Shown here: piece by piece, positions 1 to 9,177 of the stretch
How the letters are laid out: every line of letters begins with the position of its first letter
Numbering within the stretch: the first letter of the stretch is position 1
Origin: Clostridia bacterium
Lineage (GTDB): Bacteria > Bacillota > Clostridia > Oscillospirales > Butyricicoccaceae
DNA: 64,000 bases
Assembly (NCBI GenBank): GCA_017441945.1
Contig: JAFSBG010000165.1
Location: 1,214 to 65,213, forward strand
Direction: 5' to 3'
Notes under the pieces: model-generated
Told to the model about the DNA's origin: nothing
The model's database searches: none
Seen by the model: the letters and a program-made list of their open reading frames with translations, nothing else
Position numbers and translations under genes: made by a program

Positions 1-984
1 GAGCGACCAGTTGTTGTGTTTACCCGAACCGTTGACGCCTGCAAAAGGCTTTTCGTGGAGCAGGCACACCATGCCGCGGCGGAGCGCCACCTTTTTCATG
101 GTTTCCATTATGAGCTGATTATGGTCACAGGCTATATTGCAGGTGGCGTACACAGGGGCAAGCTCATGCTGACACGGAGCGGCCTCATTGTGCTCGGTCT
201 TGGCCGTGACACCAAGCTTCCAGAGCTGTTCGTCCAGCTCACGCATAAAGCCCATGACATTTTCCTTGATATTGCCGTAGTAATGGTCTCCCAGCTCCTG
301 ACCTTTCTGAGGCTTTGCGCCAAAAAGCGTACGTCCGCATATAAGGATATCACGGCGCTGGCGGGCATATTCCTTATCGACCAGAAAATATTCCTGCTCT
401 GCCCCTGCCATAGCCACAACACGCTCGCACTTTGCAATGCCGAGAGCGTTCACAACCCTTGTTGCCTGCTTTGAAAGCACTTCCATCGAGCGGAGAAGCG
501 GAGTTTTCTTATCAAGAACCTCGCCGTAGAAGGAACAGAAGCAGGTTGGTATATAGAGGGTATTTTCCTTTACAAAAACAGGAGATGTGCAATCCCACAT
601 GGTGTAGCCTCTCGCCTCGAATGTGACACGCAGACCTCCCGACGGGAAGGATGAGGCATCGGCTTCGCCCTTGATAAGCTCTTTGCCCGAAAAAGTCATT
701 ATTACATTGCCGTCATCTATGGGATTTATAAATGAATCGTGCTTTTCGGCTGTTGCACCAGTCATAGGCTGGAACCAGTGGGTGAAATGGGTAGCCCCCT
801 TGGAAAGCGCCCACTGTTTCATTCCCGTTGCAACGCTGTCGGCAATATTCGGATCGAGCTCATGCCCTAAATCTATGGCTTTTTTAAGCTGTTTATAGGT
901 ATCGCCCGGCAAATATTTCCGCATGGCGCTGTCATTGAATACATTTTCCGCAAAAATTTCAGCGATGTTGATGGCGTTTGTCAT
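1..984 (-). CDS. glnN: glutamine synthetase type III, N-terminal 328 codons (gene runs off the window start)
   Basis: Absent from the ORF track because it is truncated by the window edge. Hand translation of the minus strand from ATG 982-984 (AGGAGG RBS upstream) gives [17 protein letters not shown]...[23 protein letters not shown]...[19 protein letters not shown]...[18 protein letters not shown]. These are hallmark N-terminal blocks of GSIII. The frame is open to nt 1. Confidence 0.85.
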   Translation of the reverse strand, partial: MTNAINIAEIFAENVFNDSAMRKYLPGDTYKQLKKAIDLGHELDPNIADSVATGMKQWALSKGATHFTHWFQPMTGATAEKHDSFINPIDDGNVIMTFSGKELIKGEADASSFPSGGLRVTFEARGYTMWDCTSPVFVKENTLYIPTCFCSFYGEVLDKKTPLLRSMEVLSKQATRVVNALGIAKCERVVAMAGAEQEYFLVDKEYARQRRDILICGRTLFGAKPQKGQELGDHYYGNIKENVMGFMRELDEQLWKLGVTAKTEHNEAAPCQHELAPVYATCNIACDHNQLIMETMKKVALRRGMVCLLHEKPFAGVNGSGKHNNWSL

Positions 985-1088
985 ATTACCTCCTGTTTTT
1001 TATATCGATTTTGCTCTTTTATATCGTTTAAAATACGTTTCCCTGAAACAGATCAAAAAACGTCCGGGGGTTTTGTCGACCGCTCAAG

Positions 1089-2354
1089 TTATTCGTAATC
1101 GTCGATGATTGAGTGTGGAATGCTTTCCTTGCCCTCCTTCATGACAAAGCCGCAGTCGAGCAGAGCCTTATCATCTGTCAGCAAATCACGCTTCCAGCCT
1201 GCGATGTCGGCATATTTGCCAGGCTCGATAGTGCCTATCTTATCGTCAAGTCCCATAATCTGCGCATTCACCGCTGTTGCCGCCTTGAGCGTGCGGAATG
1301 GGTCCATACCGTTACGGAGCCATGCGGAATATTCTCTGCCGCATTCGTAATTCTGGTAGCCTACAACAAGGTCCGTGCCGTAGCCGAGGCGAATCTTGCT
1401 GTTTTTGAGGATTTCACGGCTGTTTACGAGATTTTCTCTGTAATGACGAAGCTTTTTCTGGAATTCTGGGGATTTCTGAGCCAGTTTTTCCTCATCGAGA
1501 AGAACGATTTCATCGTAAGGGCAGAATGTAGGCACAACATAGACATCCTTTTCTTCGAGAAGGCGGGCAGTTTCCTCATTGATAAGGGAGGCGTGCTCGA
1601 TGCCGTCTATGCCCATATTTGCAAGAGTTGTACAAAGGTCGGTTGTATATGCGTGAGCCGTTACTGTTGTGTGGAGGGAATGAGCTGTATCGATGATGGC
1701 GCGGAGCTCATCGTCGGAAAGCTGTTTGTCCTCCGGAGAGTCGTTAGGTGTGAAGAAGCCGCCTGTCGCCATGATTTTGATGTAATCAGCGCCTATCTTA
1801 ACTTCGTGACGGACTGCATCGCGGAAAAACTCAGCGCCACTGCCCATTGTTGGGTACTGAGTTTCCATAAATCTTGAAAGGGCAGGATTTGTGGCAATTT
1901 TCTGCGTGGAGTCGCCGTGAGAGCCGGGCGCACAGATAAAGTGGGGAGCGGCAATCATGCGGGAGCCTTCGATATATCCCATATCGATAGCGCGTTTTAC
2001 ATCGAGAGAATAGTCCTCTCTGAACCAGCCGATGTGGCGGATTGTTGTGAAACCGCCTGCAAGAGCCTTTCTTGCACATTCAGCAGCCGCAAGAGCTCGC
2101 ATACCGTCGGAGTAGAAGATTGCGTCCTTGTCGATTTCACGCCAGTCGAAATAGCTTGCGTGGACGTGGGCATCGATCATACCCGGTGTGACTGTGAGAT
2201 GGGAAAGGTCGATGACCTTGCAGTTTTCAGGTGTTTCGAGATTTTCACCCACTGCTTCGATGTATTTGCCATTGATGAGAATTTCCTTGTTAAGCTGAAG
2301 CTCGTCCTTAATGCCGTCATAGAGCTTGCCGCAGATGATTTTTATGTAAGACAT
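1089..2354 (-). CDS. amidohydrolase family protein (metal-dependent hydrolase)
   Basis: 421-aa ORF with RBS. It has the HxH metal site IDAHVHAS, later HAYT / IEHAS blocks, and a C-terminal GTIEPGKYADI block typical of the amidohydrolase superfamily. Confidence 0.8.
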   Translation of the reverse strand: MSYIKIICGKLYDGIKDELQLNKEILINGKYIEAVGENLETPENCKVIDLSHLTVTPGMIDAHVHASYFDWREIDKDAIFYSDGMRALAAAECARKALAGGFTTIRHIGWFREDYSLDVKRAIDMGYIEGSRMIAAPHFICAPGSHGDSTQKIATNPALSRFMETQYPTMGSGAEFFRDAVRHEVKIGADYIKIMATGGFFTPNDSPEDKQLSDDELRAIIDTAHSLHTTVTAHAYTTDLCTTLANMGIDGIEHASLINEETARLLEEKDVYVVPTFCPYDEIVLLDEEKLAQKSPEFQKKLRHYRENLVNSREILKNSKIRLGYGTDLVVGYQNYECGREYSAWLRNGMDPFRTLKAATAVNAQIMGLDDKIGTIEPGKYADIAGWKRDLLTDDKALLDCGFVMKEGKESIPHSIIDDYE

Positions 2355-2403
2355 GATGTTTCCTTTCTGGTTGAATTTGGTGCGATATTTATTATCTTCC
2401 CGC

Positions 2404-2715
2404 GGACGTGCAATGCACGCCCCTACGGATTTTGATAAATGTAGTATGCCTGGGATGAGGATTAAATAAGGATTTACCTCTCCGTCACGCAGTAGCGTGC
2501 CACCTCTCCTGAAACAGGAGAGGCAAGTGAGATAGTACTAACCACAGGAGATCCATCACTGCGTTCAGGATGACATGGGCTTTTGTAGGGGCGGGTCTCT
2601 GCGCCCGCCCGCGGTCACGGCACGCCGTGACCCCACGGAGCTTGTGCGTTTGCGGAATGTCGAGGACGCCATTCCCTCAAAATCCCCCTTGCCTCCCTCT
2701 GAAGAGAGAGGCGAG
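2404..2715. repeat. intergenic hairpin mosaic A
   Basis: Contains a CCCTAC-tailed REP at 2404-2426 (GGACGTGCAATGCACGCCCCTAC) and a GTAG-headed REP at 2585-2612 (GTAGGGGCGGGTCTCTGCGCCCGCCCGC). Also a hairpin at 2613-2632, a degenerate REP at 2652-2678, and the CTCCGTCAC.. / CCTCTCCTGAAACAGGAGAGG / CCTCCCTCTGAAGAGAGAGG modules. All of these recur elsewhere in the window. Confidence 0.85.
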
Positions 2716-2784
2716 AAATGATTATATGTAGTCCGCAAAACAACAAAAGGACGGCGTTTTGATACGCTGTCCTCATGGTTTATC

Positions 2785-3345
2785 TTATTTTACGATTTCC
2801 TTCTTGTACTTTGCCTTGCCATCTCTGAAGATGTTGCCGCCGTGGCAGTCGATAGCGCAGATGAGAGGCATATCCTTAACTGTGAACTTCTTTACAGATT
2901 CGCAGCCGAGATCGTGATATGCTACAACTTCCAGTTCCTTAACTGCTTCAGCAACGACAGCCGCTGCACCGCCGATAGCGCAGAAGTATACAGAGCCGTT
3001 TCTGATGATAGCATCGACAGTAGCCTGATTTCTTTCGCCCTTACCGATCATTGCGCCGAGACCGAGGTCGAGAAGGCGTGGGGAGAATGGGTCCATACGG
3101 CTCGATGTTGTAGGACCGCAGGAGCCGACGACTTCGCCTGGCTTTGCTTCTGTTGGACCTGCATAGTAAATGATAGAGCCGTCGATAGGATATGGAGTCT
3201 GCTCGCCGTTGTCAAGAGCTGCCATAATGCGCTTATGAGCTGCGTCACGGGATGTGTAGATTGTACCTGTAAGCTCGATAGCGTCGCCTGCCTTGAGAGT
3301 CTTTGCTGCTTCTTTGATGTCCGCTGTGTTTATCTTGATAGCCAT
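2785..3345 (-). CDS. Fe-S type hydro-lyase beta subunit (class I fumarate hydratase / tartrate dehydratase beta-like)
   Basis: 186 aa with the blocks TGTIYTSRDAAHKRI, GPTTSSRMDPF and AIGGAAA, typical of the Fumerase_C/TtdB family. The start overlaps the upstream stop (TAATG). No alpha subunit is present in the window. Confidence 0.85.
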   Translation of the reverse strand: MAIKINTADIKEAAKTLKAGDAIELTGTIYTSRDAAHKRIMAALDNGEQTPYPIDGSIIYYAGPTEAKPGEVVGSCGPTTSSRMDPFSPRLLDLGLGAMIGKGERNQATVDAIIRNGSVYFCAIGGAAAVVAEAVKELEVVAYHDLGCESVKKFTVKDMPLICAIDCHGGNIFRDGKAKYKKEIVK

Positions 3346-4067
3346 TAGATCTTATCTCCTATTCTTTTTACTCTTTCTAATATATCTCTTATGGATATTT
3401 TTTTACTTTCATTTTCCCTTGTTTCCTCTGCTCTGACAGTATCCGCAAGATCATTGAAGTCTGTGGCAAGACCGTTTATCTTGTCCTTTAAGCTTTCCCA
3501 GACTTCTTCCGTGTTTTCCTCGATTTTTGACTGAGGAACAACAACAGTTTTTGTTTTTATCTGTGCCTCAAGCTGAGCATTTTTCGCTCTGAGACTTTCG
3601 ATTTCAGCCTGATATGAGCTGACGTCGATTTTGCCGATGCTCTTTTCACGCTCAAGGGCGAGGGCAAGGACTTTATTTTCATTTTCAAGCCCTTCAAACT
3701 TCTCTTTTACCGACTTTTCTTTTTCTATGTAGTCGTTGAGCTGAGCCTTTATGCTCTTGATGCTTTCAAAAAGCTCATTCTTCTCATTCTGAAGCTTTTC
3801 GTTAGCTTCGACAAGAGCGGCATTTTCATTCTTTATATCTTCATTCTGAGCGTTGATTTCATCCATTTCCGCCTGAAGGTCAGCCTTTGCCACTTCAACA
3901 GCGTTGTCTCGCTCATTTATAAGCTTTTCGTTTTCTTCCTGAAGCTGGGTATACTTTTCCTTTTCTTCCTCAAGGGCTGCCTTCTGCTTATCGACAAGAT
4001 TATCAATATAAGCGATGACCTGCTCCTTGCTGAAGCCCATCAGGGATTTTTTAAAAATCTTTCCCAA
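3345..4067 (-). CDS. DivIVA-like coiled-coil protein
   Basis: 240 aa, with a TTG start immediately after the upstream stop. The N-terminus GFSKEQVIAYIDNLVDKQ resembles the DivIVA N-domain. The rest is E/K/N/L-rich heptad coiled coil. Confidence 0.6.
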   Translation of the reverse strand: MGKIFKKSLMGFSKEQVIAYIDNLVDKQKAALEEEKEKYTQLQEENEKLINERDNAVEVAKADLQAEMDEINAQNEDIKNENAALVEANEKLQNEKNELFESIKSIKAQLNDYIEKEKSVKEKFEGLENENKVLALALEREKSIGKIDVSSYQAEIESLRAKNAQLEAQIKTKTVVVPQSKIEENTEEVWESLKDKINGLATDFNDLADTVRAEETRENESKKISIRDILERVKRIGDKI

Positions 4068-4403
4068 CTATATCACCTCATGCTTTCTGAGAATATCCAG
4101 CACTTCTTCCTCTGTTTTAAAACCGACAGAGCGTGTTTTTTCCACACCGTCAATATAGAGATTGATGCAAGGAATGCTGATGATATTGCTTTTTGCGGCA
4201 GCCAACGGGGTATCGTCAATATCGACACCGTATACCTTGACATTATCATAATACTGATGACCGATATTTTCAAGCCCCCACATCATATTTTTGCTGTTTT
4301 CGTCCCACTTTGCCATAAAAAACATGATGAACGGACGTTTTTCATTGCGGATTATGTAACCAAAATCATCGTTGGTCAGCATTTCAAGCCTTTTGTTATC
4401 CAT
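4068..4403 (-). CDS. thioredoxin-fold protein lacking the CxxC active site
   Basis: 111 aa, colinear with thioredoxin (FMFFMAKW...VKVYGVDIDDTPLAAAKSNIISIPCINLYIDG). WDENS stands where WCGPC is expected. Confidence 0.65.
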   Translation of the reverse strand: MDNKRLEMLTNDDFGYIIRNEKRPFIMFFMAKWDENSKNMMWGLENIGHQYYDNVKVYGVDIDDTPLAAAKSNIISIPCINLYIDGVEKTRSVGFKTEEEVLDILRKHEVI

Positions 4404-4596
4404 AGCGCACCTCTTTAAAACCTAAGTCGTTATGTTATATTTATATGTTTAACCTATCCCGGATGCTCATGCGCATAGGATTATCATTATATCTTACACT
4501 ATTATAACACATACTTGCAGAAAAACCAATGTTTTTTTCTTTACAATATCAAAAATTTTTGATATTATAATAAAGGTAAGTGGATTGATTTTTATT

Positions 4597-4906
4597 GCGC
4601 CGGGGACGGGATTTATTAAGCTTGATGCGGACCGTCGAGGACGCCGGTCCCTACATGGGCTTGTTCCATTGGGTATCCTCCGGGGTGAATATCAGAATGA
4701 CAGGCTATTTTAAGCCTCCTTCGGGTCGAGGGAGGTGTCACGCAGTGACGGAGGGAGCGAAATCTATACGATGCATCGCAGATACCGAAACTGTCAACTG
4801 TCCATTATCAACTTTCAACTGCTGACATCAGGTGTGGAAAGATTCTTCGGGTTTCACCCTCAGAATGACAGTAAGCAGACGGACGAGCAATGCTCGCCCC
4901 TACAAT
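4597..4906. repeat. intergenic hairpin mosaic B (upstream of tRNA-Arg)
   Basis: REP at 4627-4654 (GCGGACCGTCGAGGACGCCGGTCCCTAC) and REP at 4881-4903 (GGACGAGCAATGCTCGCCCCTAC). Also the GGGGTGAATATCAGAATGACAG module, the GAGGGAGGTGTCACGCAGTGACGGAGGGAG module, and GAAAGATTCTTCGGG..CAGAATGACAG at ~4838-4878. Confidence 0.85.
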
Positions 4907-4914
4907 TTAAATAT

Positions 4915-4991
4915 GTCTCCGTAGCTCAGCTGGATAGAGCGTCAGACTCCGACTCTGAAGGCCGTGCGTTCGAATCGCATCGGGGATGCCA
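4915..4991 (+). tRNA. tRNA-Arg (anticodon CCG)
   Basis: Hand-folded cloverleaf of 77 nt. Acceptor GTCTCCG/CGGGGAT, D arm GCTC-AGCTGGATA-GAGC, anticodon arm TCAGA-CTCCGAC-TCTGA (anticodon CCG), variable loop AGGCC, T arm GTGCG-TTCGAAT-CGCAT, discriminator G, encoded CCA. Confidence 0.9.
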
Positions 4992-4992
4992 G

Positions 4993-5024
4993 AAACCCAT
5001 TTCGTATGAAATGGGTTTTTTCTA
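4993..5024 (+). terminator. rho-independent terminator after tRNA-Arg
   Basis: AAACCCATTT-CGTATG-AAATGGGTTT hairpin followed by a T-run. Confidence 0.8.
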
Positions 5025-5242
5025 TAAAACCCACGCTATTTTATTGAGATTCGTAATATATTGTTGAATAGCCCCTTTTTCCATGCTACAATGACCGAAG
5101 AAATGCTGTTTTTCGCCGGCTGCAACCATTGGTTGACATATTTCAAGGTTCAGTTGGTAGCTTTTTTTCTGCATTTTTTATAAAATCAAATAGTAATCGG
5201 ACGGGCAAACATCATCTGTCTTTCCGATGAAAGGTCATTCTT

Positions 5243-6493
5243 ATGAATATACATCTTAAAATACAGGAGCTCCGCAAAAAGGCAGGGCTTTCTCAGGAGG
5301 GTTTTGCCGAGCGGCTTGGCGTTTCCCGTCAGGCTGTTTCCAAGTGGGAATCGGGCGCAAGCACTCCTGACATTGAAAAAATAATCGCCATTTCCAAAAT
5401 CTTTGAAATCTCCCTTTCCGAGCTTCTGACGGGCGAAAAGGATGAGGCACCTCTCTCCGCTGAGGCTCCGGCAGAAATCGCTGTAAACGATGAAAAATAC
5501 GAGGAGCTTTTGCAGGACCATCTCCTGCAGATAGATGAGATGCTCAAAAAGGGAAAGAAAAAGCGTCTTATATGGGGCATCGCCATTATTCTTGTTGCGG
5601 TCATTGTGATTTTCGGATATCTGATCCATCACAACAATGAGCTTCACGCTCTTGAAGCCAACATCAAAACACTGCAAAGCGATATGTCCGGCATTGCCAA
5701 TATACGCACCGACATAAACCACCAGATTTATTCCATCCGTCAGGAAATTTCCGACACTTTGAAGAAGGAATACGGCATGGTAAGCGATTTTGACATCGAA
5801 TACCGCGATATGAGTTTCCCTGACCGCACAGTTGTGCTTGATATTTACGCTTCACCAAGGCTGTGGAATAACGGCGACAGAATAAGCTTTATCATTGAAT
5901 CTGACGGAGAAAGGCTGACTGTCGACGGCATTTATGAAGACGGCACCGCAACGGCAACTGTGACTGTGCCGCTCACCGACAACATTCAGGTTTCCGCCTG
6001 CATTATAAGCGGCGGCACTACCGTGCAGGAAAGGCTTGACGACATTCGCTCGCTTCTCAGCCTTCATCTTTTAGATGTTGACGGACACGGCTCAATAAGC
6101 TCGACTCACACCGAAGGCAGCGACAGTTTTACCCTTGATGGCTCTGTCTCGGTTTTTGTAAGCACCAGGCTTTACGACGAAAACAAGTCGGCAAAATCCC
6201 AGATAAACTCCCTCACTCTTGAGTTTATCGAAAACGGAAAGGCAACTCAGACTGTCGATATGTTTGAGCTCAAGCCCGACTTCAATGCCGCCGAAATGTG
6301 CAATTTCAACTATTCGTTGGACACCATTGAGCGCTCGCTCAATGCGGGGGACACCTATGAATTCGTTGTCACTCTCACCGACCTTAACAATGTGACATAC
6401 CGCGGTGTGTTGGAGCGCATTGAAATAGGCGATAATCTCACCATCGGGCACGATAAGTCATACTACGGCAGTTTTGAGGCAATTCTGCCATAA
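5243..6493 (+). CDS. membrane-anchored XRE-family (HTH_3) transcriptional regulator, paralogue A
   Basis: N-terminal HTH LSQEGFAERLGVSRQAVSKWESG, one TM (LIWGIAIILVAVIVIFGYLI) and a ~270-aa extracytoplasmic C-domain. Colinear paralogue of 9178-10449. Confidence 0.8.
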   Translation: MNIHLKIQELRKKAGLSQEGFAERLGVSRQAVSKWESGASTPDIEKIIAISKIFEISLSELLTGEKDEAPLSAEAPAEIAVNDEKYEELLQDHLLQIDEMLKKGKKKRLIWGIAIILVAVIVIFGYLIHHNNELHALEANIKTLQSDMSGIANIRTDINHQIYSIRQEISDTLKKEYGMVSDFDIEYRDMSFPDRTVVLDIYASPRLWNNGDRISFIIESDGERLTVDGIYEDGTATATVTVPLTDNIQVSACIISGGTTVQERLDDIRSLLSLHLLDVDGHGSISSTHTEGSDSFTLDGSVSVFVSTRLYDENKSAKSQINSLTLEFIENGKATQTVDMFELKPDFNAAEMCNFNYSLDTIERSLNAGDTYEFVVTLTDLNNVTYRGVLERIEIGDNLTIGHDKSYYGSFEAILP

Positions 6494-6619
6494 AATACGG
6501 AACATACGGTTTCTCTCAACAGCGGATATCCCCGATAACAGCCATCGGGGATTTATCCCATTTTTAACCTGTGTTTCATTAAATACATTAAATAATATAC
6601 ATATTTCGGAGGCATCATT

Positions 6620-7003
6620 ATGAAACAAAAAATCACATCCATCGGTACACTAATTGTCGGTCTTCTGCTGGCATTTGGCCCACAGTTTATCTTCAAGCCA
6701 TGCCCGACAACAGAAAAGTTCATGAAGTGTTTCTGGAGCTGTAAGGCTCTCATCGTTGTCGGTGCTGTAGTTGCAATTATCGCTCTTCTTCAGCTTATGG
6801 CAAAGGAAAAGGAAAGCAAGAAGCTTCTCTCGGTAGCTGCTCTCGCTCTTCTCGTTTCTGCAATTCTCATTCCAACAGTCATCATCGGCGGATGTGCAAA
6901 GCCTGAAATGGCTTGTAAGATGCTCACATTCCCTGTGACACATTCCCTCTCCGTTGTCGGCATCGTGCTTCAGGGCATCGGTCTTGCAGGCAAAAACAAG
7001 TAA
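6620..7003 (+). CDS. small 4-TM membrane protein, DUF4418-like
   Basis: 127 aa with a Cys-rich first loop (FKPCPTTEKFMKCFWSCKA) and four hydrophobic helices. The family name is recalled from memory. Such proteins accompany FtsX-type ABC systems. Confidence 0.6.
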   Translation: MKQKITSIGTLIVGLLLAFGPQFIFKPCPTTEKFMKCFWSCKALIVVGAVVAIIALLQLMAKEKESKKLLSVAALALLVSAILIPTVIIGGCAKPEMACKMLTFPVTHSLSVVGIVLQGIGLAGKNK

Positions 7004-7091
7004 ACAACGCGCTTTTCGGGTATTTTCTGTTGCTAAATCGGGAATACCCATACTGCGTTTATGAAAATATAAAATATCAAAGGAATTAAAA

Positions 7092-8303
7092 ATGATTACC
7101 CAGACTATTGCGCTTAAAAATCTCGGCCGCAGACCTGTCCGTACATGGTGCATGATTTTCTTCGTTTTCATGCTGGCAGCTTCGCTTTTCCTCAGCTCTG
7201 TCCTTGTCGACAGTATGGAAAGCACAATCGAAAAGACAACAAACCGGATGGGCGCCGATGTTATCGTTGTGCCTAAGGAATTTGAACGCGAAATGGCAGA
7301 TTCTCTCTTCCTCGGCGAGCTTTGCAACTTCACATTTGACAAGAAGTGGGTTGAAAATATCTCAGCCGTTGAAGGCGTTGCAAAGGCTTCACCTCAGCTT
7401 TATATGGAAACTCTCGATGCAGCCTGCTGTGCCGCACCTGTTCAGCTTGTGGCTTATGACCCTGAAACAGACTTTATCATCACTTCCTGGCTTGAGGACG
7501 AAAATATCCCTGCGCCAAAGAAGGGCGAAGTTATCGTAGGCTCTCTTGTAACCGCTGATGCAGAAGGCGGCGACGGCATTCTTCTCTTCAATACATTATT
7601 CCCTGTAGTGGCACATCTTGAAAAGACAGACACAAACTACGATACCTGCGTATTTATGACATACGAAACAGCTCAGGAAATCATGAGCAGTGAAAAGTGG
7701 TATGAAACATTCCGCGAAGAGCCTGTTACAGACGAGCTTGCTTCGACAGTCATGATCAGAATTGAAAACGGTGTGGACAAGAAGGATGTTGCCCGCAACA
7801 TCAACTTCAAGATGGACAAGGAATCCCCTGTTTCCGCTTACACAACAAACACAATCATGAGTGAGGCTATGGACGCTTCCGAAAGCATGAAGGGCTATAC
7901 ATCTGTTCTTATCACACTTCTTCTCGTTCTCGTAATCGTTGCTCTTGTATGCGTATTCACAATTACAATCAATGAAAGAACAAAGGAATTCGGTATTCTC
8001 TCCTCTCTCGGCGCTTCCACAGGCAAGCTCTGCCAGATAGTGCTCGGCGAGGGCTTTATTATCGGCTTCACAGGCGGTCTTATCGGCTGCGCAGTTTCGG
8101 CTGTTGTTCTTATAATCTTCAAGGGCACTCTCACAGTCCTTCTTGAGCTTCCAAGACTCAATACAGGCTTTGGCTATCTTATGATGCTGGGTGCAAAGTG
8201 CCTCGGCATCGCTCTCATCGTTTCTGTTCTGGCTTCCCTTTATTCGGCATGGAAGGTCAGCCGCAGCGAGCTTCACACACTTATCAAAGGGGAGGAATTG
8301 TAA
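7092..8303 (+). CDS. ABC transporter permease, FtsX/MacB type
   Basis: 403 aa with an N-terminal TM, a ~250-aa extracytoplasmic domain and a C-terminal FtsX domain (INERTKEFGILSSLGAS plus 3 TM). The stop overlaps the ATPase start. Confidence 0.85.
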   Translation: MITQTIALKNLGRRPVRTWCMIFFVFMLAASLFLSSVLVDSMESTIEKTTNRMGADVIVVPKEFEREMADSLFLGELCNFTFDKKWVENISAVEGVAKASPQLYMETLDAACCAAPVQLVAYDPETDFIITSWLEDENIPAPKKGEVIVGSLVTADAEGGDGILLFNTLFPVVAHLEKTDTNYDTCVFMTYETAQEIMSSEKWYETFREEPVTDELASTVMIRIENGVDKKDVARNINFKMDKESPVSAYTTNTIMSEAMDASESMKGYTSVLITLLLVLVIVALVCVFTITINERTKEFGILSSLGASTGKLCQIVLGEGFIIGFTGGLIGCAVSAVVLIIFKGTLTVLLELPRLNTGFGYLMMLGAKCLGIALIVSVLASLYSAWKVSRSELHTLIKGEEL

Positions 8304-8965
8304 TGCTTATCACAAAACAGCTCACAAAGACATTTTCCCGCCAGAAGAATGACTTTGACGCAGTTCACGAAGTGGATTTTGAAATAAATCCGGGCGATTT
8401 CTGCGTGCTTACAGGTCCTTCCGGCTGCGGCAAGAGTACATTCTTCCATATGATATGCGGCATCACAAAGCCTGACTCAGGCGAGATTCTCTTTGACGGT
8501 CAGAACATTGAAAAGGACAGCGCTCAGAAATGGGCAGCCCGCAGAGCAACCGACATCAGCTATGTTCTTCAGGGCGACAGCCTGCTTGCCAACTTCACAG
8601 TTCTTGAAAACATCTGTCTGCCGCATCAGCTTTCTTCAAAGTCTGTCGACCTTAAAGATAAGGCTCTCGAAATCCTCCGCGAATTCGGTCTTGAAAATAT
8701 GGCTGACGAATACCCTGCAAATCTTTCGGGCGGTGAACGCAGACGTGTTGCCATTGCCCGCGCATTTGTTCACGACCCTAAGCTTGTTGTAGCCGACGAG
8801 CCTACAAGTGACCTTGACGAGGAAAACACAAAAATCATTCTCGATTATTTCACACGTCAGGCAAAAAACGGCAAGGCTATTCTCATCAGTACTCATGACC
8901 TTTCCTTTATCAACGATGAAATGAAGCATTATGTGATGAAGAAAGGCGTTATGACAAAAGTCTAA
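8303..8965 (+). CDS. ABC transporter ATP-binding protein
   Basis: Walker A GPSGCGKST, signature LSGGERRRV, Walker B LVVADEPTSDLD. ATG 8303 follows GGGGAGG and overlaps the permease stop (TAATG). The ORF-track start at 8198 lies inside the permease gene. Confidence 0.9.
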   Translation: MLITKQLTKTFSRQKNDFDAVHEVDFEINPGDFCVLTGPSGCGKSTFFHMICGITKPDSGEILFDGQNIEKDSAQKWAARRATDISYVLQGDSLLANFTVLENICLPHQLSSKSVDLKDKALEILREFGLENMADEYPANLSGGERRRVAIARAFVHDPKLVVADEPTSDLDEENTKIILDYFTRQAKNGKAILISTHDLSFINDEMKHYVMKKGVMTKV

Positions 8966-8980
8966 AATGCAATTTTGAAA

Positions 8981-9006
8981 GCACCTCGGATGAGGTGCTT
9001 TTTTAT
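8981..9006 (+). terminator. rho-independent terminator
   Basis: GCACCTC-GGAT-GAGGTGC followed by TTTTTTATT. Confidence 0.75.
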
Positions 9007-9177
9007 TGCCAGATGGCATAAAATATGCTAAAATTAAGAAAAATACCCCTCCGCAACCTGGGGTTGACAAAAATCGAGCGGAAGTTGGTGGTATTTTCAC
9101 CGGATTTTCACTAAAATCAAACCATAATAAATAAGGTTGTGCACACCTCACCATGTCCCAAGGAGGTAACTTTATCT

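Noticed and set aside
132-898. Small plus/minus ORFs at 16-474, 132-437, 432-626 and 623-898
   Set aside because: All overlap the clearly homologous GSIII reading frame on the minus strand, which the ORF track omits only because it is truncated at the window edge.
4131-4145. Possible frameshift in the thioredoxin-like gene at a T-run
   Set aside because: By my manual count the printed run has 5 T, whereas the ORF-track protein (GVEKTRSVGF) needs 6. Coordinates near 4066-4071 also looked 1 nt off by hand. The ORF track is computed from the sequence, so I attribute this to my own counting and do not call a pseudogene.
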